Shown here in pieces: positions 37,748 through 47,642 of a DNA stretch of 64,000 bases (its first letter is position 1; every line of letters starts with the position of its first letter). Source of the DNA: Methylobacterium sp. (GTDB taxonomy: Bacteria; Pseudomonadota; Alphaproteobacteria; Rhizobiales; Beijerinckiaceae). The position numbers and the translations under genes were made by a program. Under the pieces are notes generated by a model. It did no database searches. It was given only the letters and a program-made list of their open reading frames with translations, and was not told the origin of the DNA. The stretch is from the NCBI GenBank assembly GCA_020253445.1, contig JADCBP010000008.1:75787-139786 (forward strand), in the 5' to 3' direction.

Positions 37748-38977
37748 TCAAGGCGCAAGCGCGGCCGAACGGGCGGGATCATGCGCGAGCAAGGGCGCAG
37801 CCGACACAGGCGGCGCGACGGGTGCTGCCGCCGGAGCCGGCCCCTTCGGTGGCAGCAGCGTGCCGCGCCAGAAATCCGGCCGGCGCGCTCGATCATGCCC
37901 CAGCGCATACATCGCCTGCATGTAGGGTATATCGAAATCGATGGGGGAGACGCCGGGCCGGTCGGTATCGAGATAGGCCATGCCGAAGCGGATGCCATTC
38001 TCCCGCGACTTCTGCTGCGCGGTTTCGAGGGCCAGCATCAGATTCGATTTGATGATGCTCGCCACCGCCCAACTGCCGATTGTGCCGATGCTCGCCGGGA
38101 TCTCGCGCGCCTCCGGGTAGAGCTTGTTGTGAATGATCACGTAGAGAGCGCATGGCTGACGCCTGCTCGCGCAGCCGCGCCCCTCGCCGGGGAAGAGTTC
38201 CAGCCCTGAATAGAAGCCGCGCAGCACGCCGGCATCTGCGTGCAATTCATTGGGCCGCGCGCCGGGCAGCGGCACGGGAGGGAACAGGACAGGGACACTG
38301 ATCGCGGCCGTGAGCACGTCCCGGAACAACGTCAGCCGGTCAGGCCGCTCGGAAGCGGCCAGCGCACCGAGATTCCAGACGGTGACGCGCTGCGCATCAA
38401 GGCTGCTGGTGGCGATCAGCAGGCGGCGCCCCTTGCGATGTTCGCCTGCGATGCGCACAAGCAGATCGTCGGTGACATGCTCGTCTATGAGCGCGCGCAG
38501 TGGCTCATGTCGGTAGAGGCCAGGCTGCCAGACGAGATTGCCGACGCCGCCGTTGAGAAGCCCCGCGATCTTCGGCCCGGTATAGAGCCCTGCGATCAAC
38601 TCGTCATAATCCCGGCCCAGAAAGGCGAAGGGTGCCATGAGCGCCCCCGTGCTGACGCCGGTGACGACATCGAAGGCCGGCCGCGTTCCCGCATTCGACC
38701 AGCCCGCCAGCGCGCCGACGCCATAGGCACCGTCCGGCCCACCGCCCGAAAGCGCCAGCACCGTGTGGCGGTCGCCGGCACGGCGCTTGGGAACCAGATC
38801 GGACGGAGGTGAATCGGCGAAGTAGCGAATCGCGGCGAGGTCGGAAGCCGGAAGCGACGACGAGGCCTGCGCGGCGGTCTGTTCGGTCGTCATGCACCCC
38901 GTGGCCGGCAAAGCCAGCGCGAGAGCGGCAGCCAATCCAAAGGCCCGCCTTTGCCAGCGCAGCACCCTCATGGACAT
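37748..38977 (-). CDS. patatin-like phospholipase lipoprotein
   Basis: From ATG 38977 there is a lipobox (LALPATGC). Also LALSGGGPDGAYGVGALAGW (oxyanion G-G-G-x) and GVSTGALMA (G-x-S-x-G nucleophile). Confidence 0.8.
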   Translation of the reverse strand: MSMRVLRWQRRAFGLAAALALALPATGCMTTEQTAAQASSSLPASDLAAIRYFADSPPSDLVPKRRAGDRHTVLALSGGGPDGAYGVGALAGWSNAGTRPAFDVVTGVSTGALMAPFAFLGRDYDELIAGLYTGPKIAGLLNGGVGNLVWQPGLYRHEPLRALIDEHVTDDLLVRIAGEHRKGRRLLIATSSLDAQRVTVWNLGALAASERPDRLTLFRDVLTAAISVPVLFPPVPLPGARPNELHADAGVLRGFYSGLELFPGEGRGCASRRQPCALYVIIHNKLYPEAREIPASIGTIGSWAVASIIKSNLMLALETAQQKSRENGIRFGMAYLDTDRPGVSPIDFDIPYMQAMYALGHDRARRPDFWRGTLLPPKGPAPAAAPVAPPVSAAPLLAHDPARSAALAP

Positions 38978-39204
38978 GGCGGGCTTGTTCCAGCCGATTT
39001 CTGTGTTCGCCGCGGCGACCGTCATTCCCGAATCCCCGCCTTGAACACCATGTTCGACCGGAACAGTCGAAATGCCATATCCGAATGGACCGGATTCGCC
39101 AAGCGTCACGGGGTATCCGCCAGCGGGAAGAAGCCGCGATGCGCACCCCGATGCGCAGGCAACGGATGCTCTGCGATGCCGCGTGCGCCGCGCTGGCGCC
39201 TGGG

Positions 39205-40758
39205 CTACATCGTCGCGCCGATCTGCCAGGGAACGAACTCGGCATCGCCATAGCCGAGAAGCTCGCTCTTCGTGCGCTCCCCCGAAGCGATGGCGAGCAG
39301 GCGTTCGAAGATCTCCTGCCCCTTCCCGGCGATGCTCGCGCCATCGAGGATATCCCCGCAATTGATGTCCATGTCATCGATCATGCGGTGGAAGATCTCG
39401 CTGTTCGTCGCGAGCTTCATCGAGGGTGTGGGTTTGCAGCCATAGGCCGAGCCGCGGCCCGTGGTGAAGGCCAGCAGGTTCGCGCCGCCCGCGACCTGCC
39501 CGGTGGCGGCTACGGGGTCATAGCCCGGCGTGTCCATATAGACGAACCCCTTCTCCGTGACGGGCTCCGCATAGCGATAGACGGCGTTCAGCGTCGTGGT
39601 GCCGCCCTTCGCCGCCGCGCCGAGGGATTTCTCGAGAATGGTGGTGAGCCCGCCCGCCTTGTTGCCGGGGGAGGGGTTGTTGTTCATGCTCATGCGGTTG
39701 CGCGAGGTGTAATCCTCCCACCAGTGGATGATCTCCACGAGTTTCTCGCCCACCGCCAGGTTGCGCGCGCGCCGCGTGAGAAGATGCTCCGCGCCATAGA
39801 TTTCCGGTGTTTCGGAAAGAATGGCCGTGCCGCCATGCTTCACGAGGATATCCACCGCCGCGCCCAGGGCCACATTTGCCGTGATGCCCGAATAGCCATC
39901 CGAGCCGCCGCATTGCAGCGCGAGCATCAGCGCGCTGGCATGCGCTGTCTCGCGCTGCACGCGGTTGGCGGCGGGCAGCATCTCGCGGATCGCCGCGATG
40001 CCCGCCTCGACGGTTTTTCGCGTGCCGCCGGTCTCCTGAATGGCCAGCGTGCGGAAGCGATCGCCTTCCGAAAGCCCGTAGGCTTCCTTGAACTTTCCGA
40101 TCTGGAAAGCCTCGCAGCCGAGGCCCACGAGGATTGACGCGCCCATGTTCGGGTTCGCGGCATAGCCGAAGGTGGTGCGCTTCAGAACATCGATTGCCTC
40201 GCCCTTGTCGGCGATGCCGCAGCCTGTGGAATGTACCAGCGGGATGACGCCCTCGATGTTCGGAAAATCACGCAGGAGCCCCGAGCGGTTGATCTCCTCC
40301 GCGATGAACTTCGCGACCGAAGCCGAGCAATTCACGCTCGTGAGGATGCCCACATAGTTGCGCGTGCCCACGGTGCCATTGGCGCGGCGATAGCCCTGGA
40401 AGGTCGCCTGCGCCTCGAGCGGCAGGATATCGGGCTCGCGGCCATCCTCCGCGTGGCGATAGTCCCGCGCAAAAGCGGCGAAGGCGCAGTTATGCTCGTG
40501 AATCCAGTCACCCGGCTCGATCGGAGCCGAGGCAAAGCCGATGATCTGGCCGAATTTCAGCACTGCTTCGCCTGGCGCGATGCCCTTCATCGCAAGCTTG
40601 TGGCCGCGCGGGATGCGCACCTTCACCCGCACGCCCTCGATGATCTGTCCCTCCGGCAGCACATCCACGGCGATCACCACATTGTCGCTTGCGTGAAGCC
40701 GCAGGCTGCGCGGGGCGAGAGGGGGCGGGGCGAGAGGGGGCGGGACGGGTGCGTTCAT
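39205..40758 (-). CDS. UxaA-family hydro-lyase (altronate/galactarate dehydratase type)
   Basis: ATG 40758 has GGAGG 5 nt upstream; the track start at 40776 is TTG. It has an N-terminal SAF-like domain (HASDNVVIAV...IPRGHKLA) and a UxaA C-domain (GYRRANGTVGTRNYVGILTSVNCS, QCGGSDGYSG). Confidence 0.85.
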   Translation of the reverse strand: MNAPVPPPLAPPPLAPRSLRLHASDNVVIAVDVLPEGQIIEGVRVKVRIPRGHKLAMKGIAPGEAVLKFGQIIGFASAPIEPGDWIHEHNCAFAAFARDYRHAEDGREPDILPLEAQATFQGYRRANGTVGTRNYVGILTSVNCSASVAKFIAEEINRSGLLRDFPNIEGVIPLVHSTGCGIADKGEAIDVLKRTTFGYAANPNMGASILVGLGCEAFQIGKFKEAYGLSEGDRFRTLAIQETGGTRKTVEAGIAAIREMLPAANRVQRETAHASALMLALQCGGSDGYSGITANVALGAAVDILVKHGGTAILSETPEIYGAEHLLTRRARNLAVGEKLVEIIHWWEDYTSRNRMSMNNNPSPGNKAGGLTTILEKSLGAAAKGGTTTLNAVYRYAEPVTEKGFVYMDTPGYDPVAATGQVAGGANLLAFTTGRGSAYGCKPTPSMKLATNSEIFHRMIDDMDINCGDILDGASIAGKGQEIFERLLAIASGERTKSELLGYGDAEFVPWQIGATM

Positions 40759-40772
40759 GGGGGCCTCCGAGT

Positions 40773-41972
40773 TCAATGAAGCGGGCGATGTTCCAGCTGG
40801 CTCACGGCCTGCATCACGCCGCGCAGTTCCGCGAGCCCGCGCAAGCGCCCGATCAAAGGATAGCCAGGGTGAGTCTTGCGACCCACGTCTTCCAGCAATT
40901 CATGGCCATGGTCGGGCCGGAAGGGAATGCGCCAGTCTTCGCGCCCCTCATCCTTCCGCCTGTGCTGCTCGGCCAGCAGCACCTGCATCAGCGCGACCAT
41001 GTTGGTATCTCCGCCAAGGTGCTCCGCTTCCATGAAGGAGCCGTCGGCGTCCTTCGCCACGTTCCTGAGATGCGCGAAATGGATGAGCGGTGCAAACCGC
41101 CTGGCCAGCGCCGGCACATCGTTCATCGGTCCGGCCCCCAGTGAGCCCGAGCAGAAAGTGACGCCATTGGCCTGCGAGGGCACCGCACCGGTGATGAAGG
41201 CCAGATCCTCGCCATTGGAAACGATGCGCGGCAGGCCGAAGAGCGAGCGGGGCGGATCATCCGGATGCACCGCGAACCGCATTCCCAGTTCCTCCGCGAG
41301 AGGGATGATCTCGCGCAGGAAACGCGCGAAATGCGCGCGGAGTTCCTCCCGCCCGATGCCCTTGTAGCGATCGAGGATGCGGCGGAAGCCGGGAATGTCG
41401 TAGCGCTCGTAAGCGCCGGGCAGGCCTGCATTGATGTTGACGAGAAGCGCTGATTTCTCGCTCTCGCTGGCAGCATCATGCCAGGTCCTGGCCTCAGCGA
41501 TCAGTTCCGGCGCGTGGTCAGCCTCCGCGTTCGGGCGCTGAAGCATGAAGCAATCGAAGGCGCAGAACTTCACGGCATCGAACCGGAGGGCACGCCCGCC
41601 ACCAGCGATGGGGTAGGCGAGATCGGTGCGCGTCCAGTCGAGGATCGGCATGAAATTGTAGCAGATCGTGCGGATGCCGCAGGCCGCGAGGTTCCGCATC
41701 GATTGCCGGTAGGCATCGAAATGCTGGTCGAGCGGCCCTTGACCCAGCTTGATATCCTCGTGCAGCGGTAGGCTTTCCACCACGTTCCAGCGCAAGCCGA
41801 GGCCCGGCTCGGCCGCGATCAGCGCCTTCCGCTTTTCGATTTCCTCCACGCTCCAGACCACGCCATAGGGGATGTGATGGAGCGCCGTGACGATGCCGGT
41901 GGCGCCCGCCTGCCGGATTTGCGGCAGCGTGATGGGGTCATCGGGGCCAAACCAGCGCCAGCTCTGTTCCAT
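40773..41972 (-). CDS. uxuA: mannonate dehydratase
   Basis: From ATG 41972: MEQSWRWFGPDDPITLPQIRQAGATGIVTALHHIP...ICYNFMPILDWTRTDL...HFAHLRNV. Confidence 0.9.
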   Translation of the reverse strand: MEQSWRWFGPDDPITLPQIRQAGATGIVTALHHIPYGVVWSVEEIEKRKALIAAEPGLGLRWNVVESLPLHEDIKLGQGPLDQHFDAYRQSMRNLAACGIRTICYNFMPILDWTRTDLAYPIAGGGRALRFDAVKFCAFDCFMLQRPNAEADHAPELIAEARTWHDAASESEKSALLVNINAGLPGAYERYDIPGFRRILDRYKGIGREELRAHFARFLREIIPLAEELGMRFAVHPDDPPRSLFGLPRIVSNGEDLAFITGAVPSQANGVTFCSGSLGAGPMNDVPALARRFAPLIHFAHLRNVAKDADGSFMEAEHLGGDTNMVALMQVLLAEQHRRKDEGREDWRIPFRPDHGHELLEDVGRKTHPGYPLIGRLRGLAELRGVMQAVSQLEHRPLH

Positions 41973-41982
41973 GGATATGCCT

Positions 41983-43023
41983 TCAGATGTTGGCCGTGAG
42001 GATGACCTTGACCTGCCGGCTGCGATCAAACGCAAGCCGCAGGCCCCGAGGCGCCTCGCTCAACGGCAGTTCGGCGGTGATCAGGTTTTCGACCGGCACC
42101 TTGCCTTCGGAAATCAGACGGACGGCATCCATGAATTCCGTGCCGAAGCGGAACGTGCCACGCAGGTCGATTTCCTTCGACATGACCTGATTGGCGGGAA
42201 AGGGGATGTCGCCGGAGGGTTGATTGCCAATCTGCACAACGATGCCTCCCTTTTTCGCCGCACCGATGGCCGAGGCAAGGCCCTGGGGGGAACCGCTGGC
42301 CTCGAAGACAACATCGCAGAACGCGCCGTTGCGCTTCAGCGCCTCCGGATCGGCCGAGAGATCGAAGGTTTCCTGCGCGCCGAGCTTTGCCGCGAGCGCC
42401 AGCGGAGCGGCGGCGAGATCGGCCACCGCGAGGCTTCCCGCACCGGCGGCTTTCGCGCCAAGCAGCGTGAGAAGGCCGATGGGCCCCGCCCCGATCACCA
42501 GCGTCGAGCGCCCCTTGAGGTCACCGCCGCGCTTCACCGCGTGAAGGCAGACGGCCAACGGCTCGGCGAGGGCCGCCGCGCGGAAACTCACATGGTCGGG
42601 AATGGGCACGCATTGCGCCGGCACCGCATCAAAGCGCGTCGCGAAGCCGCCCTGCATATGCGGCGTCTTCGAGGCCGAGCCCATGAAATAGATGTTCTCG
42701 CAATGGTTTTCGCGGCCCGCCTTGCAGGCCGGACAGGTGCCGCACCAGCGCGAGGGGTTCACCGCCACGCGCTGGCCGACCTTCAGGTTCGTCTCGGCGT
42801 TGATCTCCAGCACCGTGCCGGCGATCTCGTGGCCGAGAATGAGCGGCGCGGTCATCTTGAAATCGCCCGACCGGGCATGGCGGAAATAGTGCATGTCCGA
42901 ACCGCAGATGCCGGCCGCGCCAAATTCAACGCGCACCATGCCTGGCGCCAGAGGACCGGGATCATGGGCCACGTAGCGCAGGTCTTCCGGGCCGAACAGG
43001 GTGGCGGCGAAGGCCGAATTCAT
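41983..43023 (-). CDS. Zn-dependent alcohol/polyol dehydrogenase (L-idonate 5-dehydrogenase/sorbitol dehydrogenase-like)
   Basis: From ATG 43023, which overlaps the DctM stop by 4 nt. Motifs: GICGSDMHYF, GHEIAGTV, structural-Zn CGTCPACKAGRENHC, and Rossmann LVIGAGPIGL. Confidence 0.85.
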   Translation of the reverse strand: MNSAFAATLFGPEDLRYVAHDPGPLAPGMVRVEFGAAGICGSDMHYFRHARSGDFKMTAPLILGHEIAGTVLEINAETNLKVGQRVAVNPSRWCGTCPACKAGRENHCENIYFMGSASKTPHMQGGFATRFDAVPAQCVPIPDHVSFRAAALAEPLAVCLHAVKRGGDLKGRSTLVIGAGPIGLLTLLGAKAAGAGSLAVADLAAAPLALAAKLGAQETFDLSADPEALKRNGAFCDVVFEASGSPQGLASAIGAAKKGGIVVQIGNQPSGDIPFPANQVMSKEIDLRGTFRFGTEFMDAVRLISEGKVPVENLITAELPLSEAPRGLRLAFDRSRQVKVILTANI

Positions 43024-44426
43024 TTGATCATTCCCAGATAACGCGGCAGCCAGAGGCTGATATCCGGAATGAAGGTGATCAGCAGCAGCGCCACGAAAAG
43101 CGGCGCAAGCCAGGGCAGGATCGCCATGGTCGTGCGCTCCACCGAGAGCTTCGCCACGCGGCTCAGCACGAACAACACCATGCCGAGCGGAGGGTGCAGC
43201 AGGCCGATCATCAGGTTCAGCACCATGATGAGGCCGAAATGCACGGGGTCGATGCCCATCTTCAGCACGATCGGCATCAGGATCGGCACAAGGATGGTGA
43301 TGGCCGCGATGGTGTCGAGGAAGCAGCCGACGAACAGCATCAGGAGGTTCACGAGGATCAGGAACACCCACTTGTTGTCGGTGATCGCGAAGATCAGCCC
43401 CGACAGCGCCTGCGCCGCCTGCGATACCGTGAGGAGCCAGGCGAAGATGGAGGCGGCCGTGACGATGAACAGCACCGAAGCCGTGGTTTCAATCGTGTCG
43501 AAGGTCGCCTTCGCGAGGCTGCGCATGGTCATCGACCGATAGCGCACGAGCCCGAGGAAGAGCGACCACATCACCGCGGCCACGGCCGCTTCCGTGGGGG
43601 TGAACCAGCCCAGCACCATGCCGCCGATCAGGATGACCGGCGTCATCAGCGCCATCACGGCGGAAAACTTGAAGATGTAATCGAGCAGCAGCACCACGCC
43701 GAGTGCGCTGAAAATCGCCCCGTTTTGCGACATTCCGGCATATTCCAGCCCGATCACGGCCGCGGGGAACATGAAGACCACCGCGACCTCGATCATCGCG
43801 CCGCCAATCTTGGCGAGCGCGAAGGGCGCATCCGATCCCCAGCCCCGCATGCGGGCAAAGACCGCGACCGTCGCCATCATCAGCAGCGTCATCAGCGCGC
43901 CCGGCAGGATGCCCGCGAGGAAAAGCGAGCCGATCGAGACATTCGCCATCATCCCGTAGATGACGAAGGGCAGGGAGGGCGGGATGATGGGCCCCAGCGT
44001 GGCCGATGCCGCAGTCACGCCCACGGCCACCTCGACGGGATAGCCATGTTCCTTCATCGCCTTGATCTCGATGGTGCCGATGCCGGCCGCATCGGCAATC
44101 GCCGTGCCCGACATGCCCGAGAAGATCACCGAGCCGATGATGTTCACCTGCGCGAGCCCTCCGCGCATCCAGCCCACGAGATCGACCGCGAACTTGTAGA
44201 TGCGGCCCGTGACGCCCGCGATGTTCATGAGGTTGCCGGCGAGGATGAAGAACGGCACGGCGAGAAGCGGGAAACTTTCAACGCCCGCGATCATGCGCTG
44301 CGCCACGATCACGTCGGGCGCGACACCGTAGACCGCGATATAGGCGAGCGAGGCCATGACCATCGAGACGGCGACCGGCACGCCCAGGATCATCAGCAGG
44401 ATGAACCCCCCCATCAGAAGCAGCAT
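43020..44426 (-). CDS. TRAP transporter large permease (DctM), system 1
   Basis: 468 aa, polytopic, with a DctM pattern (GVPVAVSM, AVPFFILAGNLMN, FSGMSGTAIADAAGIG). Confidence 0.9.
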   Translation of the reverse strand: MLLLMGGFILLMILGVPVAVSMVMASLAYIAVYGVAPDVIVAQRMIAGVESFPLLAVPFFILAGNLMNIAGVTGRIYKFAVDLVGWMRGGLAQVNIIGSVIFSGMSGTAIADAAGIGTIEIKAMKEHGYPVEVAVGVTAASATLGPIIPPSLPFVIYGMMANVSIGSLFLAGILPGALMTLLMMATVAVFARMRGWGSDAPFALAKIGGAMIEVAVVFMFPAAVIGLEYAGMSQNGAIFSALGVVLLLDYIFKFSAVMALMTPVILIGGMVLGWFTPTEAAVAAVMWSLFLGLVRYRSMTMRSLAKATFDTIETTASVLFIVTAASIFAWLLTVSQAAQALSGLIFAITDNKWVFLILVNLLMLFVGCFLDTIAAITILVPILMPIVLKMGIDPVHFGLIMVLNLMIGLLHPPLGMVLFVLSRVAKLSVERTTMAILPWLAPLFVALLLITFIPDISLWLPRYLGMIK

Positions 44427-44429
44427 GGG

Positions 44430-45014
44430 TCAGCCCTCCTGCGAGCCGTCGAAGGCGCCGGGCCGTTCGAGCACGGAATAGCCGCGCCGGATATTCGCGA
44501 TCAGAACCTGCACGCCGCGCAGTGCCATCAGCACGAAACTGGCGAAAACCAGCAGGAAAACCGGAGATTTCGGGAAATCAATCGTGGTCATGCGCTCATC
44601 ATGGATCAGCGCGGAATAGCGCCAGACGAGAAGCGCGAGATAGGCGAAGACCACGATCCGTGCGATGTCCACCAGCGTCGCCATCACCCGGCCAGCGGGG
44701 GGCGAGATCATCCGGTAGAGAAAATCCACATGGATGTGCCGTGTCTGCCGCACGCAGCCGACGGAACCGAGAAACACGACCGCCACGAGGCAGTAGATCG
44801 CGATTTCCTCCGTCCAGGCGAAGGAGTTGTTGAGCACGTAGCGCGTGAAGAATTGCAGGAAAACCGCCCCGCACATCATCCAGAAGATGGCCAGCGTCAC
44901 CCAGTCCTCGAGGCCATGGCCGGAAAGATCAACCGGCGCCTCCGCTTCCTCGAAGGTGCGGGCGATTTCTTCGCTGCTGACGGGCATATGCGTTTCGACA
45001 GTCTCGCGGGACAT
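44430..45014 (-). CDS. TRAP transporter small permease (DctQ), system 1
   Basis: 194 aa with 4 TM segments, ending 3 nt before the dctM start. Confidence 0.8.
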   Translation of the reverse strand: MSRETVETHMPVSSEEIARTFEEAEAPVDLSGHGLEDWVTLAIFWMMCGAVFLQFFTRYVLNNSFAWTEEIAIYCLVAVVFLGSVGCVRQTRHIHVDFLYRMISPPAGRVMATLVDIARIVVFAYLALLVWRYSALIHDERMTTIDFPKSPVFLLVFASFVLMALRGVQVLIANIRRGYSVLERPGAFDGSQEG

Positions 45015-45044
45015 GGATCGGGAAATCCTCGGCCTTCGGGGCGG

Positions 45045-45082
45045 GGAGAAGGAAAACGGCGCGCTTGCCGGAAAGCGCGCCG
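45045..45082 (-). terminator. intra-operon hairpin/partial terminator after dctP (system 1)
   Basis: Perfect 10-bp stem CGGCGCGCTT/AAGCGCGCCG (45057-45066 / 45073-45082). On the minus strand it is followed by TTTTCCTTCTCC. It lies between the dctP stop (45097) and the dctQ start (45014). Confidence 0.6.
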
Positions 45083-45096
45083 CTGGAAGGAAGGTC

Positions 45097-46080
45097 TCAG
45101 AACTTCACAGCCTGAATGCGATCCCAATCGGCCTTGCGATAGCCGAACTGTTCGAAGGTCACGCCCTTGGCAACCGCATCGAGGAATTCCTGGCGGTTGA
45201 TCTCGGTGACGGTCAGACCCTTGTCCTTGAAGAACTGCACGAGCTTCTGCTCATCGGCCTTGATCTGCTTGGTCGCGCGCGCGGCGGCTTCCTGGCTGAT
45301 CTCGATGAAGAGCTTCTTCTCGTCATCCGTGAACTTCGCCCAGGTGCCCTTCGCCACGACGGTGTTGAGGTGATCGACAATATGCCCGGTGAGAACGATA
45401 TGCTTCTGCACTTCGTAGAATTTCTTGGCCTCGATCGTCGTCAGCGGGTTTTCCTGTGCTTCCACCGTGCCGTTCTGCAACGCGAGATAAACTTCCGCGA
45501 AGGCGATCGGCGTGGTGTTCGCCCCGCAGGAGCGGGGCATGGCGAGATAGGCGGGCACATCCGGCACGCGCATCTTCAGGCCCTTCATGTCGGAGCAATT
45601 CTTGATCGGCCGGTTCGAGGTGGTGTGCCGCGTGCCGTAATAGGTGGTCGCGGTGATCACGTGGCCGGTCTTCTCCTCGTAGCCCTTGGTCAGCTCCTTG
45701 TATATGTCCGACTTGGTGTAGGCGAGCAGGTGCTCGGGGCTCTGGAAGGTGAAGGGGTAATAGGTCACGCCGATCGGCGGATGCGAGCGGGCGGCGAAGC
45801 TCGATCCGGAGATGATGATATCCACCGAGCCGAGTGTCAGGCCCTGGTTGATGTCGGTTTCCTTGCCGAGCTGCGAGGCCGGGAAGACCTCGATCTGGTA
45901 CTTGTTGTTGGTGCGCCGGGCGAATTCCTGCGCGGCCCAGACGGACTCGGTGTGGAACGCTTCGGATGTCTCGTAGACATGCGCCCATTTCAGCTTGGTC
46001 TGGGCGAGGGCGGGTGCTGAAGCCAGACCGACGCTCAGGAGAGCGGCGCCGGCAAGGCACAAGTCGCGGCGGGTGATCAT
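45097..46080 (-). CDS. TRAP transporter substrate-binding protein (DctP), system 1
   Basis: From ATG 46080: MITRRDLCLAGAALLSVGLASAPALAQ. DctP core: IEVFPASQLGKETDINQGLTLGSVDII, LKMRVP, TVEAQENPL. Confidence 0.9.
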   Translation of the reverse strand: MITRRDLCLAGAALLSVGLASAPALAQTKLKWAHVYETSEAFHTESVWAAQEFARRTNNKYQIEVFPASQLGKETDINQGLTLGSVDIIISGSSFAARSHPPIGVTYYPFTFQSPEHLLAYTKSDIYKELTKGYEEKTGHVITATTYYGTRHTTSNRPIKNCSDMKGLKMRVPDVPAYLAMPRSCGANTTPIAFAEVYLALQNGTVEAQENPLTTIEAKKFYEVQKHIVLTGHIVDHLNTVVAKGTWAKFTDDEKKLFIEISQEAAARATKQIKADEQKLVQFFKDKGLTVTEINRQEFLDAVAKGVTFEQFGYRKADWDRIQAVKF

Positions 46081-46121
46081 GAATTTTCCTCCTTGGTTTT
46101 TCGTTCTTGCCTCGGCCCTTA

Positions 46122-47642
46122 TCATGCACCGGACCGTTGGTTGCTGGCCCCCGCATTGGGCGACCAATTCAGAAAATGCGCAAGGGTCTCGTGGGCACCA
46201 TGCGAGAGAAGGGTGCCCAGGCTCGCGGTGAGTGCCCTGCGCAAATCGTCGCGTGCCGGAAGATCGCCGCCGAAGATGCTCTCGATGCGCATGAAGCCAT
46301 CGACCAGGGCGGCGGGATCATCGCCGGCCGCGCTCGCGATCGCCGCAAAACGGGCGGCGAGCGGGTCGCGCACGTCGATGGCCTCTCCCCTTTCGTCCTG
46401 CCCGGCGGCATAGCGCATCCAGCCCGCGATCCCCAGCAGGATGGCGGGGCAGGGATGCCCGCGCTCCAGCCGCCAGCGCAGGGTGCCGAGCAGGCGCTGC
46501 GGCAGCTTCTGCGAACCATCCATGGCGATCTGCCAGGTGCGATGGCGGATGGCAGGGTTGCGAAACCGCTCCAGCAGGCGGCGGGCATAATCCGCGAGGT
46601 CCACGCCCGGCGGGGCCGGCACGGTGGGGATGATCTCCGCCCAGAGCCGTTCGAGGAACGCCGCGATCAGCGGATCGGCTGTTGCGTCCGCCACGGTCTC
46701 ATGGCCTGCGAGATATCCGAGATAGGCAAGGCTCGAATGCGCCCCATTGAGCATCCTGAGCTTCATGAATTCATAGGGCGCGACCTCCGCCACCATCTCG
46801 GCCCCGGCCATTTCCCAGGCGGGACGACCGGAGATGAAATGGTCCTCGATCGCCCATTGCCGGAAGGGTTCACTCATCACCGGGCTCGCATCATGGAGAC
46901 CGATGGCCGCGGCAGTCTCGGCGATATCCGAAGCCGTCGTGGCCGGAACGATGCGATCGACCATGCAACATGGAAAGCTCGCCGTTTCCTCGATCCAGGC
47001 GGCGAGCGCATGATCGAGTTTTGCGGCGAATTCCAGCACCAGCCCATGCAGGACCCGCCCGTTCGAGGGAAGGTTGTCGCAGCTCAGCAGCGTGAAGGGC
47101 GGAAGACCCAGCGCGCGGCGCTTCGCGAGCCCCGCCACCAGGAAACCCGGTGCCGAGCGTGGCGTCTCCGGGTGGGCCAGATCATGCCCGATATCCGGGT
47201 GCTCGAGGTTCAGCCGGCCTGTCGCGGGGAGGTGGCAATAGCCCTTCTCGGTCACCGTGAGGGTGACGATCCGGGTTGCGGCATCCGCGAGAATATCCAC
47301 CACCGCCGCCGGGTTTTCCGGCGCGACCAGCACATCGGTCACCACGTCGAGGAGCTCGAAGATCGGGCCTTCCGGCGCGCGGGTCACCAGGGTGTAAAGC
47401 CCACCTTGCGGCTTCAGCGCATCGCGCATGTCCGGCCGCTGGAGGCTCACGCCGACGATCTGCCAGGTGGTTCCGGCCTTCGCATTGGCTTCCTGCGTAT
47501 AGGCCGCGAGATGGGCGCGGGCGAAGGCGCCGAGCCCGAGATGCACGATGCGGGGACCGGCCGGGCGCGCCCCCGCCGGACGGGCGACCGAGGGCGGAAG
47601 CGTGGCGAGGGTGGCGGGGGAAAGCCGTTCCATGGCCATCAC
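46122..47642 (-). CDS. mannitol dehydrogenase family oxidoreductase (fructuronate/tagaturonate reductase candidate, UxuB-like)
   Basis: 506 aa with IVHLGLGAFARAHLAAYT (Rossmann), VTLTVTEKGY and CCMVDRIVP. The GTG start overlaps the upstream dctM stop by 4 nt. Confidence 0.8.
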   Translation of the reverse strand: MMAMERLSPATLATLPPSVARPAGARPAGPRIVHLGLGAFARAHLAAYTQEANAKAGTTWQIVGVSLQRPDMRDALKPQGGLYTLVTRAPEGPIFELLDVVTDVLVAPENPAAVVDILADAATRIVTLTVTEKGYCHLPATGRLNLEHPDIGHDLAHPETPRSAPGFLVAGLAKRRALGLPPFTLLSCDNLPSNGRVLHGLVLEFAAKLDHALAAWIEETASFPCCMVDRIVPATTASDIAETAAAIGLHDASPVMSEPFRQWAIEDHFISGRPAWEMAGAEMVAEVAPYEFMKLRMLNGAHSSLAYLGYLAGHETVADATADPLIAAFLERLWAEIIPTVPAPPGVDLADYARRLLERFRNPAIRHRTWQIAMDGSQKLPQRLLGTLRWRLERGHPCPAILLGIAGWMRYAAGQDERGEAIDVRDPLAARFAAIASAAGDDPAALVDGFMRIESIFGGDLPARDDLRRALTASLGTLLSHGAHETLAHFLNWSPNAGASNQRSGA

